64,000 bases of DNA from Uncultured Candidatus Berkiella sp. (GTDB lineage: Bacteria; Pseudomonadota; Gammaproteobacteria; Berkiellales; Berkiellaceae): the NCBI GenBank assembly GCA_964594635.1, contig CAZQMV010000008.1, positions 59,813 to 123,812 on the forward strand. The letters run 5' to 3'. The position numbers were made by a program, and so were the translations under genes. The notes beneath the pieces were generated by a model. The model was not told where the DNA came from. It ran no database searches and saw only the letters and a program-made list of their open reading frames with translations. The number at the start of each line of letters is the position of its first letter. The stretch's first letter is position 1. This document shows positions 56,866-64,000 of the stretch, piece after piece.

Positions 56866-59184
56866 ATGGATCAACCCAGCGATTCATCCAAAAAGAAAAA
56901 GGATAAGTCTGATAAAAAGTCAGAGGGAACACCTATTGAAAATGCGATTGGTGAGGTTGGTTCTATTGGTATGGCAGGTAACCTAATTAAGGAAACCGCT
57001 GATGAGAGTCAAAAACCTGAAGAGCCTGAAGTTGAACAATGGCGAATACCGGCTGCTCATCATATCGCGCATGATCCTCTGCTTGCTTGCTTAGTGGTGC
57101 TAACACGTTTAGAGCATAATCCTTTTTCGCCAGAAACACTGATAGCAGGTCTGCCGCTTGTTGAAAATAAGTTAACACCGGAGCTCTTTATTCGAGCAGC
57201 TGCTAGAGCCGGATTGTCTGCGCAAATTGTGTCGCGAACTATCCCTGATATCTCACCTTTAGTATTACCTGCCGTTCTTTTATTGAAAAACCGTCAAGCG
57301 TGTATTTTAGTGGCAAAGAATGATGCTAAAGGTACCGCCACTATCATTCAACCTGAATCTAAACAAGGCGAAAAAGTTGTCTCTATTGCTGAATTATCAA
57401 AGCAATATACAGGTTATTCTATTTTTACGCGTCCAGCTTATCGTTTTGATAAGCGCAGTGATGAAGGTTTTAAAGAGCGTCCTAAGAATTGGTTTTGGAG
57501 TGTCATTGCCACGACGTGGAAAATTTACTCAGAAGTATTAGTGGCTTCTTTCTTTATTAACATCTTTGCGATTGGTTCTTCCTTGTTTGTGATGAACGTA
57601 TACGACAGAGTGGTACCCAATAACGCGATGGATACCTTAACGGTACTGGCGATTGGGGTACTCATCATCTTTACCTTCGATTTTATTATGAAAATGCTAC
57701 GGGGTTATTTCATCGATATTGCCGGTAAGAAGACCGATGTCATGTTATCTTCTAATATCTTTGAACAAATGATGGGCATTCGAATGGAGGCGCGCCCAGA
57801 ATCGGTAGGGAACTTTGCCAATAATATGCAACAGTTCGATTCGTTTAGAGATTTTTTTACTTCAACTACGATTAGTGCCTTAATCGATTTGCCATTTGTC
57901 TTATTTTTCATCGCAATTATCTTTACGTTAGGCGGTTACGTTGTCATTGTGCCCATTTTGGCGGTACCCTTAGTGATATTAGTGGGTTTTCTAATTCAAG
58001 CACCTCTGAACAAAGCAGTGAAGGAATCGTATCGCTACTCTGGTCAAAAACATGCGATGTTGATTGAATCGTTATCTGCTGTTGAAACGATTAAAAGTCT
58101 TTCAGCGGAAAGCCCATTGCAACGCAAATGGGAACATGCAGTGGGTATGGCAGCAAAGATCGGCACAAGAGTGCGTGGTTGGTCATCAACAGCAGTTAAC
58201 TTCTCGGTTTTTGTACAACAAGTTGCAGGTGTATTAGTTGTGATATTAGGTGTAAACCGTATTGCAGATGGTGATATGACCATGGGGGCGTTGATAGCTT
58301 GTACTATCTTGACGGGTAGAGCGCTGGCACCCTTATCGCAAATTGCAGGTTTAATGACGCGCTATCATCAATCAGTAGCGGCATTACAATCGCTTGATAA
58401 TGTGATGAAAATGCCAACTGACAGGTTAAGAGGACGCACACCATTACATCGTCCTCAGTTAACGGGTGATATTGAAATTAGAGACGTGACATTTAAATAT
58501 CCTCGCCAACAAGTCCCTGCGTTAAGCAATATCACGTTTAGTATTGCACCTGGTGAAAAAGTGGGGATCATTGGTCGCATTGGCTCAGGTAAGACCACCA
58601 TTGAAAAACTCATTTTGGGCTTATATCAAACGACTGAAGGCACGGTATTGATGGATGGCACAGAGATCAGTCAGTTAGATCCCGCTTCAATGCGTCGCAA
58701 TATTGGTTATGTGCCCCAAGATGTGATTTTGTTTTATGGTTCAGTGAAAGAAAACATTACTTACGGGGCACCCTTTGCAGATGATGTGTCGGTGTTAAGA
58801 GCAGCGAAAATTGCCGGTGTGACAGATTTTGTTGCCAAACATCCACAGGGCTTTGATATGCCCGTGGGTGAAAGAGGTGAGAAGCTTTCTGGCGGTCAAA
58901 GACAAGCTGTGGCGATTGCCAGAGCGTTGATTCTGGATCCCCCTATTTTGGTCTTAGATGAGCCGACCAATATGATGGATAATCGAACTGAAGAAATATT
59001 TAAAAATCAGTTGATTGAAGCATCAAAGGGTAAAACCTTACTTTTAGTGACGCATAAAGGTTCTTTGCTATCACTCGTCGATCGCTTGATCTTGATGGAT
59101 GGGGGTAAGGTCATTGCAGATGGCCCAAGAGATTTGGTTTTAAAAGCACTAGCAGAGGGGAAGTTGCACTCAAATGCGCGATAA
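56866..59184 (+). CDS. Type I secretion ABC transporter with a C39-like domain (LapB-like)
   Basis: DPLL..L, LPAVLLL, NWFW, MNVYDRVVPN, GRIGSGKTT, LSGGQRQ, LDEPT.MMD. Confidence 0.93.
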   Translation: MDQPSDSSKKKKDKSDKKSEGTPIENAIGEVGSIGMAGNLIKETADESQKPEEPEVEQWRIPAAHHIAHDPLLACLVVLTRLEHNPFSPETLIAGLPLVENKLTPELFIRAAARAGLSAQIVSRTIPDISPLVLPAVLLLKNRQACILVAKNDAKGTATIIQPESKQGEKVVSIAELSKQYTGYSIFTRPAYRFDKRSDEGFKERPKNWFWSVIATTWKIYSEVLVASFFINIFAIGSSLFVMNVYDRVVPNNAMDTLTVLAIGVLIIFTFDFIMKMLRGYFIDIAGKKTDVMLSSNIFEQMMGIRMEARPESVGNFANNMQQFDSFRDFFTSTTISALIDLPFVLFFIAIIFTLGGYVVIVPILAVPLVILVGFLIQAPLNKAVKESYRYSGQKHAMLIESLSAVETIKSLSAESPLQRKWEHAVGMAAKIGTRVRGWSSTAVNFSVFVQQVAGVLVVILGVNRIADGDMTMGALIACTILTGRALAPLSQIAGLMTRYHQSVAALQSLDNVMKMPTDRLRGRTPLHRPQLTGDIEIRDVTFKYPRQQVPALSNITFSIAPGEKVGIIGRIGSGKTTIEKLILGLYQTTEGTVLMDGTEISQLDPASMRRNIGYVPQDVILFYGSVKENITYGAPFADDVSVLRAAKIAGVTDFVAKHPQGFDMPVGERGEKLSGGQRQAVAIARALILDPPILVLDEPTNMMDNRTEEIFKNQLIEASKGKTLLLVTHKGSLLSLVDRLILMDGGKVIADGPRDLVLKALAEGKLHSNAR

Positions 59185-60562
59185 ATTCTTACAATTACGA
59201 GACGCGGTCAATGAATTGGCAGAGACCAAGAAAAAGGCAGAAATCCAAGAGGTTGATATTGAGTTCATGACCGACTCCAGCGCCGCGATGCTCCAAGGCG
59301 TGCCATTTCGCTATCACATGATTTTGATTGCGGCAGCAGGGTTTTTATTTGTGGCGGGTATTTGGGCAAGTTTTGCAACCTTAGACGTTGTTACCGTCGC
59401 GCAGGGGAAAGTGATCCCTTCACGTAGTATGCAAGTGGTGCAAAATTTAGAAGGTGGTATTGTCAAAGATATTCGTGTGAAGGTGGGCGAAGTTGTCGAA
59501 CGTGGACAAGTCGTGATGATTATCGATGACACACGCTTTGTGTCTTCCATGAAAGAAGGTGAAGTGCAAAGCGATGCCTTGCAAGCTAAAATTGAGCGTT
59601 TAACCTCAGAGACTTCTGGAGCGACTTTGAAATTCTCGAAAGAGTTGACCGAGAGTTCACCCGAGACGGTTAAAAATGAAACTAGCTTATATGAAAACCG
59701 CAAGCATGAATTGGAAGTCAAATTAAATATTTTAAAAGATGATGTAGAGCAGCGTAAGCAAGAGTTATCGGCGGCGTTAGGTAAAAAAGATCAAGTTGAA
59801 CGTAGCTTAACCTTAGTCAAAAAAGAATTATCACTTACTAAACCTTTAGTGGCACAGGGTGCAGTTTCTGAAGTAGATGTTCTACGCTTAGAAAGAACGG
59901 TGAACGACTTACAGGGCGATTTAGAGCAAACACAGCTCTCTATCCCTAAGTTAGAAGCAAGTTTAACCGGAGCGCAACGCAAAATTGAGGAATTGCTTTT
60001 AGGATTTAAATCCGATGCCTTTAAAGAGTTGAATACCGCTAAAGCTGAATATTCTCGATTATTTGAAAGCAATAAAGCAGCGGCCGATAGAGTGACACGA
60101 ACCATTGTGCGATCGCCCGTGCGAGGGACCGTTAACCAAGTTAAAGTAGCCACCATCGGCGGGATTGTTCAGCCAGGTCAAGATTTAATGGACATCGTTC
60201 CTTTGGATGACACGTTGTTGATCGAGGCAAATGTAAGACCTTCTGATATCGGGTTTTTAAGACCGGGCTTACCCGCGACGGTTAAAATTTCTGCTTATGA
60301 CTTTTCTATTTATGGTGGTTTAAAAGCCGTGGTTGAACATATCAGTGCTGATACCATCACGGATGAAAAAGGGAATGCATTTTACCAAATTCGCGTTCGC
60401 ACGACAGAAGCAAGCTACTTAGTAGGCAAGCATGGCGAACGCTTGCAAATTATTCCGGGGATGAGTGCAACGGTAGACATCTTAACGGGTGAAAAGACCG
60501 TATTAGAATATTTACTCAAACCAATCATTAAAGCAAAACGTAACGCGATGAGAGAGCGCTAA
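59174..60562 (+). CDS. HlyD family type I secretion membrane fusion protein (LapC-like)
   Basis: One TM, GKVIPS...QVVQNLEGG, RSPVRG.V, GGIVQPG, YDFSIYGGL, IIPGM...DILTG.KTVL.YLLKP. Confidence 0.95.
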   Translation: MRDKFLQLRDAVNELAETKKKAEIQEVDIEFMTDSSAAMLQGVPFRYHMILIAAAGFLFVAGIWASFATLDVVTVAQGKVIPSRSMQVVQNLEGGIVKDIRVKVGEVVERGQVVMIIDDTRFVSSMKEGEVQSDALQAKIERLTSETSGATLKFSKELTESSPETVKNETSLYENRKHELEVKLNILKDDVEQRKQELSAALGKKDQVERSLTLVKKELSLTKPLVAQGAVSEVDVLRLERTVNDLQGDLEQTQLSIPKLEASLTGAQRKIEELLLGFKSDAFKELNTAKAEYSRLFESNKAAADRVTRTIVRSPVRGTVNQVKVATIGGIVQPGQDLMDIVPLDDTLLIEANVRPSDIGFLRPGLPATVKISAYDFSIYGGLKAVVEHISADTITDEKGNAFYQIRVRTTEASYLVGKHGERLQIIPGMSATVDILTGEKTVLEYLLKPIIKAKRNAMRER

Positions 60563-60566
60563 ACCG

Positions 60567-61283
60567 ATGATATTGATTGCTTCGTCAGATACGGAAATGG
60601 GAGCACGCTGGCATGCGCTATTGTCTCCCATCTATCCTATGTATGAAGTCGATGTCCATGACAGGCGCGCATTGGAGTTGTGTTTAAAAAAGGTGATCTT
60701 TGATGTTTTGATCGTTGATTTGCAATTACTCGGTGAATCGGGCGTAAATGAGATTGCAAGCCTGCGTGAAATCCAACCCCAGCTTAATATTGTTATCATG
60801 GCAAGAGCCCCTGATGAGCGTGAAGAAATCTCAGCGATTATTTTTGGTGCCAAAGCCTATTGCAGTTTTAATATTGAGTTGACTATCCTGCCGAAAGTGA
60901 TCAAAACCGTCATGGAAAATGAGCTATGGGTTGATCGTAAGTTTGTCACTCGATTACTTTCTGAGATTGAAGATATTACGCATGCCAAACATCAAGAAGC
61001 AAAGCATTTGGATAAAGGTATTGCAACGATGACGCCAAGGGAATGTGAAATTGCAGCATTGGTTGCAACCGGATCCAGTAATAGGAAAATAGCCGAACAA
61101 CTCAGTATTTCCGAAAGAACCGTTAAAGCACATCTAGGTGTGATATTTCGCAAAATTGGTATTAGTGATCGTCTTCAGTTGGCTCTATATATGAATCGTC
61201 ACCAACAACTTTCTTCTATATGGCATGGCAATAAAGCTCCTCGACTTGGCCCTCATACGGTTGATCCGAACCGCAAACATTGA
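60567..61283 (+). CDS. LuxR/NarL family response regulator
   Basis: Receiver with IVDL (Asp retained); HTH MTPRE.EIA.LVA.G.SN.KIA.QL.ISERTVKAHL..IFRK. Confidence 0.92.
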   Translation: MILIASSDTEMGARWHALLSPIYPMYEVDVHDRRALELCLKKVIFDVLIVDLQLLGESGVNEIASLREIQPQLNIVIMARAPDEREEISAIIFGAKAYCSFNIELTILPKVIKTVMENELWVDRKFVTRLLSEIEDITHAKHQEAKHLDKGIATMTPRECEIAALVATGSSNRKIAEQLSISERTVKAHLGVIFRKIGISDRLQLALYMNRHQQLSSIWHGNKAPRLGPHTVDPNRKH

Positions 61284-61600
61284 TTTCATTTCACTTTTTT
61301 CAAAAATTGACTTGTACCCATCGTCATGTTTATGTAACTTCTAAGAAGCTTAGAACGAATGAATATTTTTTTAGTTAGCAAGCAGCGAACACTGTCTAGA
61401 TAATTAATAATATTTAAATTAAGATAGGCTGAATAAATTCCCTTTCATCAGATGGCAGGGTATATTACAGAGGGTGGACAAGGTAGCAACCCTGTTCTGC
61501 AGATAAGTAGCTAACCAGCTGTATCAAGGTTAACTCGTGCAGAGCAACGAAGCTTGTGTCCTATGGGCGTTTAAGGATAGACGGAAGAGCGAACACAGTC

Positions 61601-63043
61601 ATGTCAAAAAACAGATTTCTAAAAATACTCTTACCTTCAATCGCGTTAACATTTGGTACACAAGCCTATGCGTATACCGTACATGATGCGGTAGCTCATT
61701 CGCTTGCAACCTCTCCTGATTTTTTAATCAGCACGAACGTTCGTGACGAAGTAGATAAACAATTGCGCGAATCATATGCAGGTTATTTGCCCTCTGTCGA
61801 TTTGACAGCAGGCTTAGGTCAACAATACACAAATAACTCTACTACGCGTGCAGTGGCTGGTTTTAATGGTGTCATCACTACTGGGCCTATACCAACTTCA
61901 TTAGTTCCTCCAGTTGCGTCCCTTGGTACAACAACAATGACACGAACAGAATTTGCGTTAACAGCAACGCAAATGTTATTCGATGGCTTTGCCGTCTATA
62001 ACGATGTTGAAGGCCACAAAGCGCGTGTGAGAGCTGAGTCATGGCGTGTGAACGGTAATGCTCAAGATACTGCGTTGAGAGTCGTTGAAGCTTACTTAAA
62101 TGTTCTGCAAAACAGAGATTTAGTAGTGAATACGAAAGAAAATCTTGCCACTATCGAACGCATTTATGGTCAAATTCAAAAACGTAGTGAAGGTGGTATT
62201 GGTCGTAAAGCAGATTTAGACCAAGCAGAAGCGCGTGTTGCTTTAGCTCGTGTAAATCATTTAGCACAACAAGGGTTGCTAAGAGATGCTGAAACAGCAT
62301 TTTTACGTCAAATCGGCATCCCAACACCTTCTCATTTAGTTTTACCGGAAACCCCACAAGGCTTTCCAAACTCTGAAAACGCTGCAGTTGAACATGGCTT
62401 AAAATGTCATCCTATCTTGCGCGCTTCAGTAGAAGACGTACAAGTCACTCGTAATGAATACAAAGGCACAAGAGCACCTTTTGTTCCTAGAGTTGACCTG
62501 CAACTTGGACATACCCGTAACCACAACGTTGATGGTAATCATGGCGACAGCGATGATAATACGGCAATGTTACGTGCACGTTGGAACCTGTTTAAAGGCG
62601 GCCAAGATTTAGCACGAGTCTGTGAAAAAGCGTCCAAAATGCAAGAAGCTCAAGAAGTGTCAAATCGTGCACAACGACAAGTGGTTGAAACCGTTCGCTT
62701 AGCTTGGAACTTATACCAAACAGCGGTTAATCAGTTACCACCACTTAAAGATCACGTTGATTCTTCTGTCAAAACTCGTGACGCTTATCAAAAGCAATTT
62801 AATATCGGCCAACGTACGTTGCTCGATTTATTAGATTCTGAAAATGAGTTGTTCGGCGCAAGACAAGATTACATCCAAGGTAAATACAAACGTATTTTGG
62901 GTCAATATCGTGTTATGAACGCAACGGGTGATCTCACTCGCTCAGTGGGTGTGTCATTACCTCGCCAAGCAGAACCCAGAGCTACTGGTGTGATGGATGG
63001 TGCAATGCGCTTCTTTGACAAAACCAGCACATTGTTTGACTAA
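61601..63043 (+). CDS. TolC family type I secretion outer membrane protein (LapE/AggA-like)
   Basis: Signal peptide from ATG 61601, GYLPSVDL, MLFDGF, KADLDQA.AR, QFNIGQRTLLDLLDSENELF. Confidence 0.93.
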   Translation: MSKNRFLKILLPSIALTFGTQAYAYTVHDAVAHSLATSPDFLISTNVRDEVDKQLRESYAGYLPSVDLTAGLGQQYTNNSTTRAVAGFNGVITTGPIPTSLVPPVASLGTTTMTRTEFALTATQMLFDGFAVYNDVEGHKARVRAESWRVNGNAQDTALRVVEAYLNVLQNRDLVVNTKENLATIERIYGQIQKRSEGGIGRKADLDQAEARVALARVNHLAQQGLLRDAETAFLRQIGIPTPSHLVLPETPQGFPNSENAAVEHGLKCHPILRASVEDVQVTRNEYKGTRAPFVPRVDLQLGHTRNHNVDGNHGDSDDNTAMLRARWNLFKGGQDLARVCEKASKMQEAQEVSNRAQRQVVETVRLAWNLYQTAVNQLPPLKDHVDSSVKTRDAYQKQFNIGQRTLLDLLDSENELFGARQDYIQGKYKRILGQYRVMNATGDLTRSVGVSLPRQAEPRATGVMDGAMRFFDKTSTLFD

Positions 63044-63053
63044 TAAAGGAATA

Positions 63054-63178
63054 TTACTCGAAACAATTTGATTTCAGGCGAGGCGACGAAGCCTCGAACA
63101 ACAGGAGTGTGCTTTAGTACATGACTGTTGAGAGATGGATGAAGTCAACAAAGCATGAAGTCAAAGTGTAAAGAGTAA
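63054..63178 (+). mobile_element. ERIC-like palindromic miniature element, copy 3 (125 bp)
   Basis: Termini TTACTC/GAGTAA, subterminal ACAATTTGATTTCA/TGAAGTCAAAGTGT, core CAACAGGAGTGTGCTTTAGTACATGACTGTTG. Confidence 0.88.
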
Positions 63179-63191
63179 AATAGGTATTAAG

Positions 63192-63215
63192 AGAGGGGCA
63201 ATGGCCCCTCTTTTT
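63192..63215 (+). terminator. Intrinsic terminator
   Basis: AGAGGGGC-AATG-GCCCCTCT-TTTT. Confidence 0.8.
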
Positions 63216-63249
63216 GTTTCCAAATGGATTCTTGGGACTTACCTGATAC

Positions 63250-63909
63250 ATGCGAAGTCGATATTTTTTGATTTTAATACTGGCATCTTTCATATGCCTT
63301 GTTAGCGCACTTGAATTTAGCCAAGATTATCTTGATCAAATTGGTAAGCAATATGGCGAATATGCAAAGCGCCGTATTATCACATGGCAGAATTTACTCA
63401 AAAATAATAAAAATGAAAGCGACCTTAAAAAACTCGAGGTTGTTAATCAATTTTTCAATTTATTAGACTATCGTTCTGATATTCATCAGTGGGGAAGGGA
63501 AGATTATTGGGCAACCCCGTTAGAATTTTTGGTGACCGGTGGTGGAGATTGTGAAGACTTTACGGTTGCTAAATACTTCACTTTAATTGAACTTGGCGTG
63601 CCTGACGATAAACTACTGATTACCTATGTTAAGCATTTACAACTTAATGTAGCCCACATGGTACTTTCCTATTATCCAACACCTGATAGCACGCCATTAA
63701 TTTTGGATAATTATAACAAAGAAATTTTACCCGCCGATAAAAGAACAGATTTGCAACCAATCTATGGTTTTAACGGTAAAGGACTATGGGCAGCAAAGCA
63801 GTTAGGCTTAGGGAATAAAATTGGTGAAGCGACGGATTTAAAGAGATGGTCGGATCTTGAAGCGCGAATGAAGGAAGGGAAAATCGGCAAGTTCATCAAT
63901 GCCGACTAA
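63250..63909 (+). CDS. lapG: Transglutaminase-like periplasmic cysteine protease (BTLCP, LapG-like)
   Basis: Signal peptide, VNQFFN, DYWATPLEF, GDCEDF (Cys), AHMVL (His), LILDN (Asp), L.PIYGFN. Confidence 0.9.
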   Translation: MRSRYFLILILASFICLVSALEFSQDYLDQIGKQYGEYAKRRIITWQNLLKNNKNESDLKKLEVVNQFFNLLDYRSDIHQWGREDYWATPLEFLVTGGGDCEDFTVAKYFTLIELGVPDDKLLITYVKHLQLNVAHMVLSYYPTPDSTPLILDNYNKEILPADKRTDLQPIYGFNGKGLWAAKQLGLGNKIGEATDLKRWSDLEARMKEGKIGKFINAD

Positions 63910-64000
63910 TTGCTCTGCCTTCTTTCGCCTTAGGCGTTGTTGACTACGGCTTTGAAAAACAGTCGTGTATTAAGTATACACTCCTATTTTCCAAAACCTT
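63910..64000 (-). mobile_element. ERIC-like element, copy 4 (inverted, cut by the window end)
   Basis: Reverse complement reads AGGAGTGTATACTTAATACACGACTGTT...GTCAACAACGCCTAA...GAGCAA; GTCAACAACGCCTAA is identical to copy 2. Confidence 0.82.

Noticed and set aside
56866-57450. Active C39 bacteriocin-processing peptidase in the ABC transporter
   Set aside because: The Q-x5-C catalytic motif is absent; the DPLL start indicates a LapB/HlyB-type C39-like domain.
61284-61600. c-di-GMP riboswitch upstream of the T1SS tolC
   Set aside because: No GGCAAAC..GAAA..GGACGCAAA (class I) or class II signature was seen.
1545-62369. Dozens of short ORFs (60-135 aa) in the track that overlap longer genes on the opposite strand or in another frame
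   Set aside because: They are shadows of well-supported genes and lack RBSs and family motifs; codon bias in the autotransporter and other genes keeps antisense frames open.
38451-64000. CRISPR array or IS element
   Set aside because: The repeats are dispersed ~125-bp palindromes without spacers; no cas or transposase ORF is present in the window.
1-64000. tRNA, rRNA, tmRNA, SRP or RNase P genes
   Set aside because: No cloverleaf/TTCGA arms or conserved signatures were found in the intergenic gaps read by eye; an Infernal scan would be needed to exclude them fully.

Overview
A 64-kb, AT-rich and densely coding bacterial chromosome segment. It is most likely from an amoeba-associated gammaproteobacterium of the Legionellales/Coxiellales/Berkiellales type; this is inferred from a Pht-like MFS, a SidB/SdbA-like hydrolase, a YerC/TrpR-like regulator and Lap-type T1SS genes. 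In order, the window holds: (i) the 3' part of a polymorphic toxin, whose reading frame is open to base 1 and which ends in an intact colicin E3-type rRNase, followed by its immunity gene; (ii) an exported sulfatase and a formylglycine-generating enzyme; (iii) orphan effector-like ORFs; (iv) a TrpR-like regulator with a clear sigma70 promoter and a palindromic operator but no his/trp operon; (v) a glycosylation cassette (methyltransferase, GT-C-like protein, two SDR epimerases, GT2) and a TPR-sulfotransferase-TPR-methyltransferase fusion; (vi) bioF; (vii) a lipoprotein hydrolase divergent from two tandem autotransporters, the first of which has essentially no passenger; (viii) an Hpt protein lacking its His; (ix) housekeeping and transport genes (purU, dacB, mscS, two MFS, a MacAB-TolC-like exporter, glpD, an M61 peptidase, hrpA); (x) a 1368-aa internally duplicated membrane protein, two porins and mlaA; (xi) an RssB/RssC-like partner-switch pair whose receiver lacks the phospho-Asp; (xii) a LapBCE-like T1SS with an embedded LuxR-family regulator and lapG. 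Four copies of a ~125-bp ERIC-like palindromic element and a second family of short nested palindromes lie in intergenic regions. I found no rRNA, tRNA, CRISPR array or transposase. All family assignments come from motif recognition by eye, not from database searches.
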